Shown here piece after piece: positions 59,601-64,000 of a stretch of DNA of 64,000 nucleotides. Source of the stretch: Fimbriosthenelais zetlandica (lineage: Eukaryota); assembly GCA_977030845.1 (NCBI GenBank), contig OZ365119.1, forward strand, positions 3,906,001 through 3,970,000. The letters are read 5' to 3'. Positions within the stretch are counted from its first letter, which is position 1, and every line of letters begins with the position of its first letter. A model generated the notes under the pieces. The model searched no databases. It saw nothing but the letters and a program-made list of their open reading frames with translations, and had not been told where the DNA came from. Made by a program: the position numbers and the translations under genes.

Positions 59601-62600
59601 TTCAATTTGATCTGATGAGACCGTTAAGATCATGGAATCGAGCCCCAGATCGGTGTAGTGTAGATCGGTCTTAAGACAGAATTTCTGCAATGGCCCTAAG
59701 AAAAAGAGTACATGACTCAAGGTATTCCTATTATATATTATTATTATGAACTCTAATAGTTTTAGCTGGTTTGTATTCTAGGTTATAGAATCCCTCACCA
59801 TCTTAAGTCAGTTTTCACAATTGGTTTGACTATTATTTGCGAGAGTCTTAAGATGCGATAGGCGTTCTGCAATGCATCTCATCATGCCTACAAGATTCTT
59901 AAATTAAGACGCTCTTAAGATAGAACTTCTGCAATGGAACTAATATGGCCCTAAGACAGAATTTCTGCAATGACCCTAACAAAAAAGAGTGCATATGACT
60001 ATTATATATATGAACGCTAATAGTTTTAGCTGATTTGTATTCTAGGTTATAGAATCTCTCACCACACAGAGCGCCTCATCCCTGCACCCTTCTGGGGGAC
60101 AGAAATAGATGAATGGTTGGAAAGATCGCTCCCAGGGGAAGGTTTCGATCCTCACGCGGGTGAAATCGATCTGTCGTGGAGGTGTGTTACTCTCCACATT
60201 ACCTGAAACAGGAACAGAGTGCTTATCAGTCTTATTAGTTCAAATGTTGGTTCCTTATCCGTTTCTTTAGTTAAAATGTTGGTTCCTTGCCAGTCTTTTA
60301 GTTCAAATTTTGGTTGCTTATCATTCTTTTTATTTGAAATGGTTTTTCTTTATTAGTTTCTTGAGTTCAAATGTTGGTTGCTTATCCGTTTCTTTAGTTC
60401 AGATTTTGGTTGCTTATCCGTTTCTTGAGTTCAAATGTTTGTTTCTTTTTTTTCAAAGTTAGTTGAAAACACCAATTATTTGATACAGTATAGCAGAGAT
60501 ATTTTAAGGGCAATCTAATGCTGCTATGAAAAGGAAATAGTTTGGCCTTAATGATTTAAACTAGATCAAGGCAAGTTAAGATATTACAATGTTGCCCTTA
60601 ATTTGTTGATTGGTAAATTTACAAACTTGTGAGAAGCCACAGCCATAGGGCTAACTTCATGGATATCTGGATTAGGAATTAGTGTAGAAAGTGGACAAAA
60701 TTGGGGGACAAGGGTGGGTAGACTTGGATGATTTTTTATGCAACTTTGCTTTTCTAAGGGCTAGATCCATGTATTTGGATAATTTCATGATGCTAATAAT
60801 TATAGAGTAAGGGCTAGGGCTGTGTATTTGGATGATTTGTGATGCTACTATGCATATTTTCTATTTTAAGAGCTGGTCGAGTCTTTCATTTGGATGAGCC
60901 CCCAGCTGAAAATCATACGTAAAACTTGAATCATCAAGAGTGTGAGCTGGCTTCACCAACAATATGGCTCTATAAAAATTGTAACTAAAAAAAAAAAAAA
61001 AAAATGACAATGCAACTTGGCCACTTATATATAAAGGTCATGACATTAGTTCGCATCCTAACTTAAACATGCACACTCACCTAAAGTTATACTATGGAAC
61101 CTGACACCCAGTGGGTCTCTGCCTGGTCTGTTACGGTTTCGCTGTGCACTGTTACTGTACGGGATGGGAATCTTGTCAGTCATCCCCATGATTCCTACGT
61201 AATGTTCCCGCGTCAGGTTTACTAGTTGTGTAAAATTCATCTGGAAAAATTCAAAGTTTGTAATAAGTTAATCTGTTTTAGCTTTGCTTGGTGCGTTGTA
61301 CACATATGTTCTAGAAATATCCATTGCATACAAGGCAATGTAGTAATGCACATAGAAAGAGCCCCCAGCTGAAAATCATACGAGAAACTTGAGTAATCAA
61401 GAGTGTTTCACCCATAACAGGCTCTATACACATTTTAATTATTAAAAATCAAATGGCAGAGCTTGAATGAATCCCAAGTGAGATGCCTTTGGAAATGTTT
61501 TCCTTACGACTCTGGATCTAGGGCCGTTAGAATCACACATAGCTTTGCGACTATATCTTAATTTTTAGATGTGGTCGCTTGGGACTCTAGCAACTTCTGC
61601 TTAAAGACTGTTGCTGCTAGTTTCAACACAATAGTTGCATAGATTAAGTCCATTGTAAAAAAAAAATAGTTAAACTGCCCCACCATTTGAATAATAATAC
61701 AAAAATCATACTTGTGTAATCAAGAGTTTGAGTTGGTATCCACCCCTAACAGGCTCTATATAAATTGTTAAAAAAAAAACAAAAAAACAAAAACGTATCA
61801 CTCACCGCATACCACGTTTCATCGTTTCGTTTTATTTGCCGCCATCTGTTGTTGACTCCTGGGTAATCCAGTGTTAATTTGAACTGAAAAATAAAACAGA
61901 GAAGAAATGAGATTAATAAGATGTTTTAATGCATCATTCACAAGCCTGAATGACTTTTTAAAAATTGTCTTGTCCCATGCCCATCTTCGTAAAAATCAAC
62001 CCAAGCAATATTTCAGTTATGATGTACTTATGAAGCCCGACATTCTCCAGCCCGATTTTCATCCCGATTTTGCGATCTTAAGCGATCACAGGCGATCGGG
62101 ACCCAAAAGAAAGATCCGTTCCGATTATCGGGCTGGTGGATGCCAAAATCTTGGGATCGGCGCCAATATTTCAATGGTAAATCAATAGAGAAATGATCCG
62201 TAACGATTTTATTTTGATCTTTGCCGATCACAAAAATCGGTGACCTCAAAGATCGTACAGTGGATGTCGGGCTTTAAAAGGCCGAAACCTTTGACAAATG
62301 GTAGTGACTTCGAGTGATTCAACCTGTCCTCTTTAGAAATAATGGCGACTTCAAAATTCTAAAAAATCCCCCCAAATAATCTCACCTCTTGTAAGTCCTG
62401 TCCAGACACAACAGGTGCCCACAAGTCGAGGGCGAAGGGGTCGTTAGTACAGAGTTTGACCGCCACACCCCCGTACGATCCCGGCGCTACTGTCGTGTTA
62501 AAATCGATCACCTCCCGCCGTGGGTTGTCCATCAAGAAGTTATTACAGCATGACCCTTCTGAAAAAACACAAAACAAATGTCTTGCAAAATAATGACAGG

Positions 62601-63252
62601 CTCTGGGCTAATTCTAACCACACATTTCTTTTAGCAAAAAGTGCTAAGACACCAAATTTCTTTTAGCAATTTGCAGTTGGAGTTTTCAATTGAGTTGTCA
62701 ATTTGGAGGAAACATTGCTAGTTGGATTTTTCCTTCAATATTTGTGTGATTTTGCGGTGGTTAGGTGTGATTTTTATTTCGCAAAATTAGCGAATAACAG
62801 TCATTTTCATTTAGCAAAGTAGCATTTTTATTCGCAAATTGCGACAGTGCGATCGGGTAGAGCGAGCCCAGACAGGGTGGGTGCCGAATGTTCTGGTGTC
62901 AAGAGATATGGAAACTGTGGTAATTGGAGAGTTGCCAATTTGTTGTCAGATTATCAGAGTTGCTAGATCAGGCCTATACCTGACATAAAATCTGCTTAGA
63001 AATTTGATGTTTTGATGTTCACAGGTTTTAAGATGGGGAAAGTACTTTAGTTCTGAGGCTTAATGTATGGAAAAATTGTTGACCGTCAGAATTTTTGTTT
63101 CATGAATAATTGATTTTGTACTGTCATACTTTTATATTGATATTATTATCCATTATATACATACCTTGACATGAGGAAGGACAATATCCTTCTTGTGCTT
63201 TTGTGGATAGGGAGAGACTAAGTGCTACTAGCAATATTTTCCAACCCGCCAT
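56635..63252 (-). CDS. Secreted collectin-like protein, 9 coding exons, 432 aa (signal peptide - unknown domain - short collagen - neck - C-type lectin domain)
   Basis: Exons 63252-63165, 62558-62386, 61883-61806, 61240-61081, 60202-60063, 59347-59272, 58623-58504, 57916-57713, 56894-56635. All introns are GT-AG with compatible phases; total 1299 nt with no internal stop. Confidence 0.88.
56942..57020 (-). mobile_element. 5'-truncated SINE copy
   Basis: Matches 18090-18170. Confidence 0.8.
59085..59225. repeat. About 29-bp minisatellite (ATAATTTTAACTGCATCTGTCAGTTAAAC)
   Basis: About 5 adjacent units, intronic. Confidence 0.9.
60230..60445. repeat. About 33-bp minisatellite (TTAGTTCAAATGTTGGTTGCTTATCCGTTTCT)
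   Basis: About 6 diverged units, intronic. Confidence 0.8.
60895..61005 (+). mobile_element. 5'-truncated SINE copy with poly(A) tail
   Basis: GAGCCCCCAGCTGAAAATCATACG...GGCTCTATAAAAATTGTAACTA followed by an A run. Confidence 0.8.
61296..61430 (+). mobile_element. 5'-truncated SINE copy (further fragment at about 61712-61790)
   Basis: Reverse complement of the 18090-18245 body. Confidence 0.8.
62034..62273. mobile_element. MITE family B copy
   Basis: Inverted homologue of 2166-2395; ends GTGGATGTCGGGCT followed by ttaa. Confidence 0.85.
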
Positions 63253-63355
63253 CTTGTCTCTGAAAAAAGAAAAACAAATTTGTCATTTATTTCATTCAAT
63301 TAAAACAAGCCATATTTTGTATTTTCTAACCAGTGGTAGTTCCTTATTTTGCTAA

Positions 63356-63565
63356 AGCCGGGACTCCACTGCTGCGTTTTGTTTGCGACACGTCTGCCAC
63401 AAAGGTGATGCTTGTGTTTCAATGATAAATTTACCATTGGAGGACGGCCTTAAGGCCTTAGACACTTGAACCACAATTTATAAATTTTATTCTTATACAA
63501 CTTCACAAGCATCACCTTTGTCGCAGTAGTGTCGCAAGCAAAATCGTAGCAGTGGAGTCCCGGCT
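63356..63565. mobile_element. MITE family A copy (210 bp)
   Basis: Same TIRs and core as 10758-10968. Confidence 0.95.
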
Positions 63566-64000
63566 TAATACATTTTAGTTTAGAAATTTTCATTGCTTTC
63601 TAAAATAAGGCAGTCCCGATGGACCCGAGACCAAAGTAGGCTACCATTAAAAAAATTATCAAAGTCCATTAGATATAAAAAGTATGCATTGAAATATTTC
63701 AAAATGTAAAAGTTTATTGTAAAATCAAGTTCAAAAGCACAGAAAAAATGACCTGAACAAAAAGCTACTCGGTATAAATCGAGGTCTTGTTCGTTATTTC
63801 AATACAGCTCCAGCCCTCACAGCACCTGCTATTTCCACCATCTAATATTTCAACTTATAAATTCTTCCCCTTTTCTCAGTTTACTATACAGCCACTTGCT
63901 TGGCTGGTTTGGCAACCACATTCATGCTCTTACTATGACAAGCAAAACCACCAAAAAGAGAGCTCAAAAAAATGGACAAGAGCCATAAGAAAACGCAGGT

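Overview
AT-rich animal genomic DNA with GT-AG introns; the receptor and P450 types suggest a marine invertebrate (inference). Host genes, left to right: (1) the last exon of a nicotinic-acetylcholine-receptor-like Cys-loop channel; (2) a tandemly duplicated two-coding-exon gene of unknown function; (3) four intronless clan-2-like cytochrome P450s, one frameshifted and one mosaic; (4) three intronless class-A GPCRs; (5) a nine-coding-exon minus-strand gene that the ORF track shows only in fragments. I reconstructed it by hand as a 432-aa secreted collectin-like protein: signal peptide, unrecognised ~175-aa domain, 8 Gly-X-Y triplets, coiled-coil neck and atypical C-type lectin domain. The top finding lies between the duplicated genes: a decayed CR1/L2-group LINE whose L1-like ORF1 continues into a NADAR (YbiA-like ADP-ribose hydrolase) domain, visible only after removing two nested insertions. 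The window also holds several MITE families sharing AGCC...GGCT-type ends and a length near 211 bp, and a tRNA-derived SINE family. A 28-44 kb transposon graveyard contains Helitron-helicase, Kolobok-like, P2X7-ballast-like and MADF relics, several tandem arrays and a perfect 188-bp double fold-back. All family assignments are from motif recognition by eye; no searches were run, so novelty is unverified.
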